DNA of 61,183 nt, filler included, from Candidatus Woesearchaeota archaeon (lineage in GTDB: Archaea > Nanobdellota > Nanobdellia > Woesearchaeales > DATGWN01), in NCBI GenBank assembly GCA_047603125.1. It is 8 parts of 8 records of this genome, joined end to end, with 100 filler letters (N's around TTAATTAATTAA, not from the genome) between each part and the next. Parts side by side here need not be neighbours in the genome. Positions count along the whole stretch, not along the records: positions 8,985 to 17,189 come from JBLKOU010000048.1; positions 17,290 to 25,373 come from JBLKOU010000049.1; 6 more parts are not named here. One strand, 5' to 3'. Positions 9,656 through 19,228 of the stretch are shown here, one piece after another. Below the pieces are notes generated by a model that had not been told where the DNA came from, searched no databases, and was given only the letters and a program-made list of their open reading frames with translations. The translations under genes were made by a program, and so were the position numbers. Position 1 is the first letter of the stretch. Each line of letters starts with the position of its first letter.

Positions 9656-10954
9656 ATGAAAAAAACAATACTCTTAACACTTGTACTGGTTTTGGCAATT
9701 ACTGTAGTGGCAACGCCAGAGTGTAAAATAGCTTCAAATGAGTGTCCAGATGGAGAAGTAGGTTTATTTTCTTTTTACAACATGACAAATACGCACGTAA
9801 CAGAATATAACCCGGGAGTTGCACCATATCACATGTGTTGTCAAAATGTTGACGTTGAAGTTAACCTCAAACAAGAACAATGCTTACTTTCAGAAAGAGA
9901 AACGCAATTATTTGCGCTCTATCAAAATGTCAATGATGCAAGTATAACAAAACACGCGGGAATTAAACCCGGTTTTGTAACAGATGATTGGGATAGGTTC
10001 ATAGTAGATGGAGAGCAGAGAGTATTTGGTCCGACACAGGTTTTATGCATGGAAACTACAGGAGGAGTAGGAAGAGCGATGTGTACATATGAGGATGGTT
10101 CTTGCAATCCAAATCAAATTTATTTAGGGAGTCTTTATACAGATCATAATTCGCATTACACTTACAGTGAAGGCACAGGAACAGCACTTTGCTGTGAGTT
10201 TGCAGTCGAGAATGTGGAAATAGAAGGAGTACGAATTTGTGGAGTTGATTATTTTTGCGGTGAAGTGGATGGCGTGTGTCCGGAACATTATGTTGGCGAC
10301 AATGGAGAAACGGCTGATTGCGGTAATGTGTTTGACCCGGATTGTTTTGGGACACTGAGTTTTGTTTTTGATATGCCCCAAGTCAATTTAAGTTTAATCA
10401 CAGGTGTTTCTAACACATTAGGTGATTCAGTCACATTTAAAGAATATATGAACCAGACGCATTACTTAGTGCAAGTAGAAGTGTATTCCAGATTTAGTCA
10501 TGATAATTCGCAAACGCAAATTCAACTGGGACCTGGTGCGCCATCGCAGTTACAAACAGTGTATTTGGATTCAGTAAGGTCATTATCTGTTTGTAGTGGA
10601 ACTTCTCAATTTGAGTGTTTTACATATGACTCGAGTACTGGTCTGGTAACTATTTATCACCCACTCTCTAATAGAATGGTTACACTTATTTTCCTTCGGC
10701 CGAGTATTACGATACCGTATTTATTCTTATTCATCGTGTTTGCAAGCATCATTCTTATTGCAGCCATTGCAGGAAAACTGCACACGGATAAATATAAAAA
10801 GCAGCCGCAATTTGAAAAATTGGAGCGCTATATTCGTTTGGAATTAACAAAAGGAAAAACAAAAGAGCAAATTCGTGAAAAGCTTCTTAGTGTGGGCTGG
10901 GATGAAAAACACATTGATCCACAGCTTAATTCTTTAGAAAAACACCATAAATAG
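9656..10954 (+). CDS. Secreted Cys-rich surface protein with C-terminal membrane anchor
   Basis: Signal peptide; Cys repeats with TNTH/HNSH motifs; TM helix; cytoplasmic LLSVGW tail. Confidence 0.75.
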   Translation: MKKTILLTLVLVLAITVVATPECKIASNECPDGEVGLFSFYNMTNTHVTEYNPGVAPYHMCCQNVDVEVNLKQEQCLLSERETQLFALYQNVNDASITKHAGIKPGFVTDDWDRFIVDGEQRVFGPTQVLCMETTGGVGRAMCTYEDGSCNPNQIYLGSLYTDHNSHYTYSEGTGTALCCEFAVENVEIEGVRICGVDYFCGEVDGVCPEHYVGDNGETADCGNVFDPDCFGTLSFVFDMPQVNLSLITGVSNTLGDSVTFKEYMNQTHYLVQVEVYSRFSHDNSQTQIQLGPGAPSQLQTVYLDSVRSLSVCSGTSQFECFTYDSSTGLVTIYHPLSNRMVTLIFLRPSITIPYLFLFIVFASIILIAAIAGKLHTDKYKKQPQFEKLERYIRLELTKGKTKEQIREKLLSVGWDEKHIDPQLNSLEKHHK

Positions 10955-11080
10955 TTTGACCACAAGCACTGGACAAGTGCCCGACTAGCCTATATAAACA
11001 ACATCAACCTTCTTCTTTTTAGCTTAACCAAGTGTTAACTTGATGAAAGAGTACGAATAGATGTTAAGTGGTGGAAAACA

Positions 11081-11326
11081 ATGGAAAAAACAGCTCCTCA
11101 AAAAAAATTCAGTGCAGGGTTAGTCTCAGCAACAGTATGGGAAAATACACGAGTAAAAAATGGAATGACATTTCCCGTAAAAACAATTTCGCTTCAAAAA
11201 GCGTACAAAGATAAAGATGGTTCCTGGAAGACGGTTCACAGTTTTCATGTTAATGATATTCCAAAAGCAAAATTAGTTTTAGAAAAAGCATATGAGTATC
11301 TCTCAATGCAGGAGGTGCAAGCATGA
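11081..11326 (+). CDS. Small conserved protein, possible ssDNA-binding fold
   Basis: SATVWEN...ISLQKAYKDKDGSWK..DIPKA; overlaps the radA start. Confidence 0.6.
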   Translation: MEKTAPQKKFSAGLVSATVWENTRVKNGMTFPVKTISLQKAYKDKDGSWKTVHSFHVNDIPKAKLVLEKAYEYLSMQEVQA

Positions 11327-12330
11327 GCTCGCAAGCAGTAGCGGTGGAGGATACAACAATGCCGAAGAAAAAACAAGAAGTGGTAGAAGAAAAAAAGTTT
11401 GAGCTCTATGATATTCCTGGAGTTGGTGCAACAACTGCTGAAAAATTAAAAGAGGCAGGCTTTGATTCACCAATTAGTATTGCCGTTTCAACGCCAGGTG
11501 AAGTTGTAGAAGCAACAGGAATGAGTGAGTCAGCTTCACGAAAGATCATACAATATTGTCGCAATAATTTAGATATGGGTTTTGAAGGAGGGGACTCTGT
11601 GTTTGAGCGAAGACAATCAGTTCAGAAGATTTCGGTTGGCAATGCGTCCTTTGATGCACTCTTAGGTGGTGGATTTGAAACAGGCAGTATTGTGGAGTGC
11701 TTTGGTGAATTTGGCTCATCTAAAACGCAAATTGGTCATGTGTTATGCGTGCAAACACTCAAAGATGATCCTGATGCGTATGCGGTATATGTTGATACGG
11801 AGAAAACATTTCGCCCGGAGCGTATTATTCAATTAGCTGAAGGTGTTGGTGCAGATCCGCAAGATATTTTGCGAAGAATCAAAGTGGCCAAAGCATATAA
11901 TTCAGATCATCAAATGCTCCTTGTCGAAAAAGTCGAAGAGTTGGTGACAAAACAAAAGTTAAAAGTTAAACTTTTAGTGGTTGATTCACTGACAAGTCAC
12001 TTTCGTGCAGAATTTGTGGGTAGAGGAACATTAGCGGGACGCCAGCAAAAACTCAATAAACATATGCATATGATGAGCAAATTAGCAGACTTACATAATT
12101 TATGTGTGTATGTGACAAACCAGGTCATGTCTAAGCCCGATCAGTTTTTTGGCGACCCGACAGCAGCTATTGGTGGTCATATTGTTGCACACGCCTCGAC
12201 ATTTCGCCTATATTTACGAAAAGGAAAGAAGGGTTGTCGCGTTGCAAAACTCATAGATAGTCCAAATTTGCCCGATGGTGAATGTGCGTTTATGGTAACA
12301 GAAGGTGGCTTAAAAGAAGCTGCTTTGTAA
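11323..12330 (+). CDS. radA: DNA repair and recombination protein RadA
   Basis: HhH N-domain, GEFGSSKTQ, DTEKTFRPER, VDSLTSHFRAEF, GGHIVAHASTFR. Confidence 0.96.
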   Translation: MSSQAVAVEDTTMPKKKQEVVEEKKFELYDIPGVGATTAEKLKEAGFDSPISIAVSTPGEVVEATGMSESASRKIIQYCRNNLDMGFEGGDSVFERRQSVQKISVGNASFDALLGGGFETGSIVECFGEFGSSKTQIGHVLCVQTLKDDPDAYAVYVDTEKTFRPERIIQLAEGVGADPQDILRRIKVAKAYNSDHQMLLVEKVEELVTKQKLKVKLLVVDSLTSHFRAEFVGRGTLAGRQQKLNKHMHMMSKLADLHNLCVYVTNQVMSKPDQFFGDPTAAIGGHIVAHASTFRLYLRKGKKGCRVAKLIDSPNLPDGECAFMVTEGGLKEAAL

Positions 12331-12342
12331 TTTTTTTTTTTG

Positions 12343-12705
12343 CTAATAAGAAAGAGTTTTGAGACCAAGATTGCGAAAATGTGACTGGTTTTTTGTCACA
12401 ATTTGGTTTTGATTATGTGCTTTTGCTATGCCTGCGATCAGACAGTCTGAATGCCCTACGGGAGTGCCATTTTCAAGAGCTTTTGCGCATAATAGAGCAG
12501 AGTGGTGCAGAGCCAGAGAATTGAGCTCTAATATTTCAAATTGCTCGAGAAGTGCACTGATTTGCGGCACGGTGTTTGTTCTATAAGCGCCGACAAGTAT
12601 TTCAAACGCGCAGATTTGTGTGGTTTGTAATTGCACATTTGCAAATTTTTTTAAAACAGTTTTATCCCTTGCAAGTTCAATAAGAAACGTTGTGTCAAAT
12701 ATCAT
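12343..12705 (-). CDS. vapC: VapC-like PIN toxin
   Basis: DTTFLI, E, DCLIAG, TKNQSHF. Confidence 0.85.
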   Translation of the reverse strand: MIFDTTFLIELARDKTVLKKFANVQLQTTQICAFEILVGAYRTNTVPQISALLEQFEILELNSLALHHSALLCAKALENGTPVGHSDCLIAGIAKAHNQNQIVTKNQSHFRNLGLKTLSY

Positions 12706-12917
12706 ATTTTTCGTTCAACCGATCGCAGTTTATGAATACTTTCTTGAAATTTTGAGAAATCTTCCGGATTCATGTCTTTTAATGTCCCAAATACATGCTG
12801 CATTTGTGTTTTCTTGCAGATTCGCCTAATAACATCAGAAAAACTCTCTTGGCCAATCTTATTTTGTTTGAGTTTTAGATAGGCATCTTCCATAATCGTG
12901 ATTGTCTTCGTGCTCAT
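12702..12917 (-). CDS. vapB: VapB-like antitoxin (DUF217 type)
   Basis: KTITIMEDAY..L...ESFSDVIRR. Confidence 0.85.
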   Translation of the reverse strand: MSTKTITIMEDAYLKLKQNKIGQESFSDVIRRICKKTQMQHVFGTLKDMNPEDFSKFQESIHKLRSVERKI

Positions 12918-12977
12918 AAACATATGTGTACACGTACATGTATATAAATGTTTCTCTTAAAAGCTGTTCTTTATAGT

Positions 12978-13015
12978 TTACCCTCTACATTAAGATTTTG
13001 AGTTGTAGAGGGTAA
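12978..13015. promoter_or_regulatory. 12-bp perfect inverted repeat upstream of the fic gene
   Basis: TTACCCTCTACA-N14-TGTAGAGGGTAA next to TTTATATA. Confidence 0.55.
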
Positions 13016-13046
13016 GATTTATATAGTTGATTGGCTTTCCTGTTAT

Positions 13047-14039
13047 ATGGTTTATATATACAAGAAGGAAATTGCTGGAAAACCAAGATATTATTTGCGC
13101 GCATCTGTACGGAAAGGAGCGCGTGTTTTAGTTAAAGATATTGCTTATTTAGGTGATTGTGCATCTAAAATACAAAAAGCATTAGATAGTTTAGATGATT
13201 ATCGACAAGATATTAGAAAAGCGCATACACATTTACAAAAAGCTATCAATACGCATTTTTGGTTAGAAAAGGCTCAAGAAAAAAAACTGAAAAAAAACGC
13301 ATATTTGGGTTCAGTACAATTAGAGGTATGTGCGTGCCAGTTACATTTTGTAAAGCAATTTTTGAAAAAAAATCAGAAAACACAAAACGAAATCTTGACA
13401 CAATTTTCTGTTGATTTTTCTTATAACACAACTTCAATTGAAGGAAATACAATAACTCTTGACCAAGCTCGAAAATATTTATTGCGGGGTTTGACTCCTC
13501 CAGATAAAACGCTTCGAGAAATTCATGATTTACAAAACACACAGACGGTTTTTTTACAGTGGGATTCTTTTTCGATAACCCACGATTCTATTAGGGATTT
13601 ACACAAACAGTTGATCAAACATATCGATGAGCGCACAGGTTACAGAAATGAGGATGTTCGTGTTTTTCGTTCGCGTTTTGATGCAACTCCTGCAAAATTT
13701 GTACAAACAGATATGCAATTGCTTATTGATTGGTATAATAAAAATAAGAAAACGCTTCATCCTTTTGTTCTGGCCTGCTTATTTCATCACAAATTTGAAA
13801 AAATTCACCCATTTATGGATGGAAATGGTCGAACGGGCCGGATGCTTTTAAACATTATTTTGCTTCAAAATAAGTATCCTCCGCTTATAGTGGAGAATAA
13901 GATGAGATTGCAATATTTGAGATTTTTAAGTGATGCGGATCGTGCTCAGATTACGAGTATGGAAAGTAAATTTTATCGTCCACTTGTTGAATTTCTTGGT
14001 AAAGAACTTGTTTCTCAGTATTGGAATATTTTTTTATAA
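13047..14039 (+). CDS. Fic family protein with N-terminal extension
   Basis: HPFMDGNGRTGR; TTSIEGN inhibitory motif. Confidence 0.92.
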   Translation: MVYIYKKEIAGKPRYYLRASVRKGARVLVKDIAYLGDCASKIQKALDSLDDYRQDIRKAHTHLQKAINTHFWLEKAQEKKLKKNAYLGSVQLEVCACQLHFVKQFLKKNQKTQNEILTQFSVDFSYNTTSIEGNTITLDQARKYLLRGLTPPDKTLREIHDLQNTQTVFLQWDSFSITHDSIRDLHKQLIKHIDERTGYRNEDVRVFRSRFDATPAKFVQTDMQLLIDWYNKNKKTLHPFVLACLFHHKFEKIHPFMDGNGRTGRMLLNIILLQNKYPPLIVENKMRLQYLRFLSDADRAQITSMESKFYRPLVEFLGKELVSQYWNIFL

Positions 14040-14056
14040 ATGAGATGAGAATAAGG

Positions 14057-14644
14057 TTATTTTCTCTTAAAGAGCGCAAACCGTTCAATAAAGAGTCGTT
14101 TTTGCGGGATACCGCCATTTTCTACTTCTTTTATCATTTTGAGATCTTCGACAATAAAAAAAGAATCGGGGTCTTGGTTTTTTATTTTTTTTAATACGGC
14201 TTGCAAATGTTTTCTCTCAAGAAATGCGCTTATTATTCGAATTTTCCCGTCTGAGCTTTGCACAAATTTACTGACATACACATAATTTGTCGGTTTGAGA
14301 TTATCTAAAAAAGCCGTGATGTTTTTTTTGGTCATTACGGTGAGTCGAACTTTACCTAAACTGAGTTTTTCTTCAATTACCATTCCTGCATATGTTCCAA
14401 ATGAAAAACCGAGTGCGTACGCTAAGTATCCAAAAACATTATTGAGATTGTTTAAAATAACAGCAATTGCACTAATCCAGACAAACACTTCAAAAAATCC
14501 GATGATTGTTGCAGGAATTTTTATTCCCTTACTTATGAGAATAATACGAACAGTTCCTAAACTCACATCCAAGACGCGCGCAAGAAAAATCAAAATCGGT
14601 ATGTAGACGTACAAAATTGCTTCTTGTGAAAATAAAAATTCCAT
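14057..14644 (-). CDS. UPF0316 (DUF5698/DUF2179) membrane protein
   Basis: ARVLDVSLGTVR, GFFEVFVW, YALGFSFGTYAG. Confidence 0.85.
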   Translation of the reverse strand: MEFLFSQEAILYVYIPILIFLARVLDVSLGTVRIILISKGIKIPATIIGFFEVFVWISAIAVILNNLNNVFGYLAYALGFSFGTYAGMVIEEKLSLGKVRLTVMTKKNITAFLDNLKPTNYVYVSKFVQSSDGKIRIISAFLERKHLQAVLKKIKNQDPDSFFIVEDLKMIKEVENGGIPQKRLFIERFALFKRK

Positions 14645-14675
14645 AGCCAAATAACGGCTATGTGTATTTAAAAAT

Positions 14676-15131
14676 CTATTCTAGGTACATACCTGCATTA
14701 TTAGAATTGAATTTCCAATTTTGGTCAAGAACACTTGTTCCTTTATAGTATGCAATCAATCTGTTAATGCGAGAGTGTGCAAGTGTTAACCCACGTCGTG
14801 CAACTTTATCTTGTTTATTTTGTTCAAGATGTTTTTGTATTGCAAGGAATTTACTAATTGCATCCAACAAATCTTGTGGAAGAGATTTTGTTAATTTTTT
14901 TTCTTGTAAAATCTCGACAACTTTTTTGTTTGTGACTGCTTTTATACTTGGAATTCCATACATGTCTCGTAATTTTAATCCAATTTGTGCGGGTGTGAGT
15001 TTTTCTTTTGCATACTTTGCTACTAATGCCTCAACTTCTGCTGGTTTATATGTCACCCATTCAGGTGCGCTTTTGTCAAACGGTTTTGAACTGCCGCTTT
15101 TTCCTTTCTTTCTTGAATAGCTTCGTGCCAT
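14676..15131 (-). CDS. rps15: 30S ribosomal protein S15 (uS15/S13e)
   Basis: MARSYSRKKGKSGS, IGLKLRDMYGIP, SRINRLIAYYK. Confidence 0.95.
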   Translation of the reverse strand: MARSYSRKKGKSGSSKPFDKSAPEWVTYKPAEVEALVAKYAKEKLTPAQIGLKLRDMYGIPSIKAVTNKKVVEILQEKKLTKSLPQDLLDAISKFLAIQKHLEQNKQDKVARRGLTLAHSRINRLIAYYKGTSVLDQNWKFNSNNAGMYLE

Positions 15132-15425
15132 TTTTTTATATCAAGTGGATAGAAATCTATTGATCTATCGCCAGTATGTTCTTGCATGCACAATCACATC
15201 TCTTGATACTGTGTGAATTCCGGGTTTATTTATAAATGTTGTTGTCACAGGACACCTTCAAGCGTAACATTTTAAAAGAATAACTGACTTACACTCTTTA
15301 GGGTAACGTCCAGGAATGTGTTGTTGTGCCCTGAGGTGCAACGTTAAAACAAAGCCTGGTTCCTCTTCTTAGAATCTTCGTTTTAAATAAAATTGATGTT
15401 TTCTATTCTATTTGGTTTGCACATT

Positions 15426-15578
15426 GACTTCATACAATAATTGTTTTTCAAAGAAGAGCACGCAGATTTTGCTCAAGAGTCCCGCTTTGAGTATCGTGCG
15501 AAAATTTGGCTGTATAAATCGCCAAATTTTCTTATTTTGCTGCAAGGTGCTCTTCTTTCTTATTTTTTGGATGAAGCC
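15426..15578 (+). mobile_element. MITE type B copy 1
   Basis: Similar to 25211-25364 and 34944-35095; degenerate GGCTTCATCCAAAAA terminal inverted repeat. Confidence 0.75.
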
Positions 15579-15583
15579 CTTTA

Positions 15584-15719
15584 TAGTCGACGACATTAAT
15601 TTCGCATAACTCGGCGATTTCACGACAGCTGTCAAGTTTGCAAAATCAGAGCTGCATGAATCGCTCTGATTTTTGATTTTACGCCAAGGAGTTATGCTTT
15701 TCTTTTGCCGCTAACTATT
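15584..15719 (+). mobile_element. MITE type A copy 2
   Basis: Reverse-complement copy of 6707-6843; lies 5 nt from the type B copy. Confidence 0.75.
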
Positions 15720-15761
15720 ACATGAGAAGCTTTTTAAAGGGATTTTGTTTGCAGATATAGT

Positions 15762-16085
15762 ATGTCTTCAAGAGAATTTAATCGTGATATGGATGAGTAT
15801 TTGGTTCGAAAGTATCAGAAAAAACCGCTTCAAAAGAAAAAAGAACCGGGGCTTAAAGAAAAGATTCATGGATGGAAAGTGTTTTTCTTTGGTGAGTCAG
15901 ATGTAGATTTGCAAAGCTTGGATCATGAGGTGACGGTGATTAGAAATAAAGAAGCGCCAGTAAAACAATGGTTGAAGAAAAAGTTTGCAAAAAAGCCTCA
16001 ACAACAAAAAGAACCAGAGCGAGAAGAACCATCTATTAGTCAAGAAGAGATTGAAAAAACAATTAAACGACATTCCATTAAATGA
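15762..16085 (+). CDS. Hypothetical basic protein
   Basis: ORF after TATA-like TTTTAAAG; overlaps next gene. Confidence 0.55.
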   Translation: MSSREFNRDMDEYLVRKYQKKPLQKKKEPGLKEKIHGWKVFFFGESDVDLQSLDHEVTVIRNKEAPVKQWLKKKFAKKPQQQKEPEREEPSISQEEIEKTIKRHSIK

Positions 16086-17189
16086 ACCGGCGCGGTCAAT
16101 CATCAATCGAGTATCTTATTATAGGGGCAGCAATTTTGCTACTGATTGGATTAAGCATTGGGCCAGTTACTCAATATTTTTCTCTTGATCAGCGTATTGA
16201 AGGCGATATGCGTTTAGAAATATTATCGTCTTTTTCTGTTGGGATTACACAAACACTCTTTTCGCCTTTTTGTTCATATATTCATGTGAAAAATAATGAA
16301 CTATTTCCTATCACAATTAATGAAGTCTTTATTGGAGAAACACAGATTAATTCTGAACATTTACCTCTTTCGCTGCGTCCAACACAGGAATCTTATATTT
16401 TAACTTGTGACTTATTGTATTATGATAATCAATATTATCGAAATGATATTGTGTTTGTTTACACTGCCGATCAGACTGGTCAACAAATTCGTCTAGACGA
16501 TTCTCAATTATATGTTGAAGGGTTTGCAAGTACACCGTCACTTCATATTCATTCTACTATGGCGTTATTTTCACAGGCGATGGCATTGCAATTATGGTTT
16601 GAAGGTTCATTGCAAGATCAGTCGCGATTTCAAACAGAGGTGAGTAGTCAAAGTAGTACGTATGAACCTGGGCCAATCGGTCAAGCAATTGAGCTTGGAT
16701 TAGAAGAGAATGTTCAAGTTGCCCATCATGATGGTTTTGGTGTGGATGAACGCTCATTTGCAGCGTGGGTGTATGCACAAGATGATTCGCAAAGTCCGCA
16801 ATTTTTAGTTTCACAAGAAGGTACATTTTTGTTTCAACTGAGAAATGGTACGGGAAGCAATCTGGATTTGGGTTTTGATGTATACAGTTCTCAAGATGTT
16901 TTGTGTTCTGGTTCTATCAGTGATAGTATTGAATTGGAACGCTGGACGCATGTGGGTGTGACGCAATCAACATTTAACCAAACACAACAACTTCGTTTTT
17001 TTATTGATGGTACGCTTGTTGGTGTGAGAAGTTGTCAGTTTGATTCGCTTGCAATATCAACACAAAATATTACACTTGGGCAAAACTTTACGGGGCGATT
17101 AGATGAAGTAGGTGCGTGGTCCCGGGAATTAACGGCGCAAGAAATGATGTCGTTGTATTTACGTGGCGGTGTGGTTGAACCATCAATAG
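16082..17189 (+). CDS. Class III signal-peptide (pilin-like) protein with LamG domain, truncated by contig end
   Basis: RRGQSSIEYL + hydrophobic helix; SFAAWV, WTHVG, FFIDG, FTGRLDEV. Confidence 0.85.
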
Positions 17190-17357
17190 NNNNNNNNNNN
17201 NNNNNNNNNNNNNNNNNNNNNNNNNNNNNNNNNTTAATTAATTAANNNNNNNNNNNNNNNNNNNNNNNNNNNNNNNNNNNNNNNNNNNNGTGAGAGGTAT
17301 TTGGAAAAATACAAACAAAAAATGAAAAGCTATAAAAACATGCGAGGTTTAACATAG

Positions 17358-18599
17358 ATGAATACCATCGAATTACTTGCACCAGTTGGTTCGTTTGCCG
17401 CACTTCAAGGCGCAATAGATTCTGGTACGCATGCAATTTACTTTGGCGCAGGAAATTTACAAATGCGCTCAAAAACGGCAGCATTTTCACTCGAAGACAT
17501 ACAAAAAGTAACGACTCTGTGTCACAAACATAAAATACATGCATATCTTACTGTAAATACCGTTGTCTATGATTCGGACATGCAAGCAATCAAAACACTG
17601 CTCACATACGCAAAACAAGCCTCAATTGATGCCATTATTGCATGCGATATTGCAGTCATCACACTTGCAAGAGAAATGAATATACCCGTTCATATCTCAA
17701 CGCAGGCAAATGTTTCTAATATTGAAGCAGTCAAATTCTTCTCACAATTTGCACAATGCATTGTTCTCGCACGTGAGTTAACACTCACACAAATTCAAGA
17801 TATCTGTCAGCAAATTCAAAAGCAACACATTTGCGGACCAAATGGCAAACTTGTAAAAATAGAAACCTTTATTCATGGAGCACTCTGTATTGCCATTTCT
17901 GGAAAATGCCATATGAGTTTGCATTCATACAACTCCTCTGCAAATAGAGGAAATTGTTTTCAAGCTTGTCGAAAGTCCTATCGCGTCTTTGATAGCTCCA
18001 GCAATACCGAACTTGAAATTGATAACAATTATGTAATGTCGCCAAGTGATTTATGCACACTACCAATCTTAGATCGCATTATAGATGCCGGCGTTCAAGT
18101 ACTCAAAATAGAAGGAAGAGGACGTGCACCCGAATATGTAAAAACAATAGTTGAAGTATATGCAAGTGCATTAAAACATATAGCTCAAAACACATATACT
18201 CGCGACGTCAAGGATGAGCTTGTCACAAAAGCACGAACCGTGTACAATCGTGATTTTTGGATGAATGGATATTATTTAGGTGAGAAAATAAGTGAATGGT
18301 CAAAGGAACCAAATTCAAAAGCAACAAAAACAAAGTCATTTGTTGGTTTGGTTGAAAATTATTATCAAAAAAGTCAAGTTGCACACATTATTTTACAAAC
18401 CGGTGAAGTCCATGTTGGTGATACTCTTCTTATTATTGGAGAAACTACAGGTGTTATTGAGCATGTAATTGATGCGATGCAAGTAAATGATATGAGTAAA
18501 TCAAGCGCTCACAAAGGTGACTTTATTACATTTAAAATTGCAACCAAACTACGCAAGAATGACCAAGCGTATGTGTATAAAGAAAAAGAAAAAAATTAG
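17358..18599 (+). CDS. U32 family protein (TrhP/RlhA-like RNA hydroxylation protein)
   Basis: ELLAPVG, HISTQAN, FIHGALCIAISGKC, ANRGNCFQACR, LKIEGR. Confidence 0.9.
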   Translation: MNTIELLAPVGSFAALQGAIDSGTHAIYFGAGNLQMRSKTAAFSLEDIQKVTTLCHKHKIHAYLTVNTVVYDSDMQAIKTLLTYAKQASIDAIIACDIAVITLAREMNIPVHISTQANVSNIEAVKFFSQFAQCIVLARELTLTQIQDICQQIQKQHICGPNGKLVKIETFIHGALCIAISGKCHMSLHSYNSSANRGNCFQACRKSYRVFDSSSNTELEIDNNYVMSPSDLCTLPILDRIIDAGVQVLKIEGRGRAPEYVKTIVEVYASALKHIAQNTYTRDVKDELVTKARTVYNRDFWMNGYYLGEKISEWSKEPNSKATKTKSFVGLVENYYQKSQVAHIILQTGEVHVGDTLLIIGETTGVIEHVIDAMQVNDMSKSSAHKGDFITFKIATKLRKNDQAYVYKEKEKN

Positions 18600-19078
18600 T
18601 TGTTTATTTTACTATCGTACTCACCAGCAGCAATTGCTTTAAGAACTTCTTTTGCAGGTTTTCCATCAACATACACACCCATACCTTGGCATGTTCCGAC
18701 AATTTCTTTCACACGATTTTTTTTGGTTGTTCCTAGTAATGCATCTTCTTTCATGCCAGTTACCTTGACAACCTGTTCAAATGTTAAATCTCCTGCCTTT
18801 TCTTTTGACGGATTACTTGAACCTTTTTTGAGATTTGCTTCTTTCATAATTAAGTTTGAAGCAGGTGGTGTTCCTATAGAAATTTCAAATTCCTTTGTAT
18901 CTTCATCAACTGTAACTTTTACAGGAACTTGCATACCAGCAAAATCTGCTGTTTTTTTGTTAATCTCTGCAACCACTTGTCCAATATTTACTTTTAATGG
19001 ACCCAGTGCAGGACCTAATGGAGGTGCTGCTGTTGCTTTTCCTCCGCTTACTAATACATCTACTGATTGTTTTGCCAT
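18596..19078 (-). CDS. rpl11: 50S ribosomal protein L11
   Basis: GGKATAAPPLGPALGP, GMQVPVKV, GTPPAS. Confidence 0.96.
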   Translation of the reverse strand: MAKQSVDVLVSGGKATAAPPLGPALGPLKVNIGQVVAEINKKTADFAGMQVPVKVTVDEDTKEFEISIGTPPASNLIMKEANLKKGSSNPSKEKAGDLTFEQVVKVTGMKEDALLGTTKKNRVKEIVGTCQGMGVYVDGKPAKEVLKAIAAGEYDSKINN

Positions 19079-19228
19079 TGTTGTGTCTCCCTACATATAC
19101 ATGTAGTTGGATTCCCAGTAACTGGGCTACCGGTTAATGAAGAGAATTTGTAAAGGGTTTATAAATTTTTTACAATTTTGACACTACTGTGCAGTAATAT
19201 TTATAAATGGGCGAAAAATCGCCGATAT

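Noticed and set aside
15408..15635. Short ORFs over MITEs and repeats (also 34863-35138, 38187-38530, 58421-58612)
   Set aside because: Incidental frames across non-coding repeats or the tRNA.
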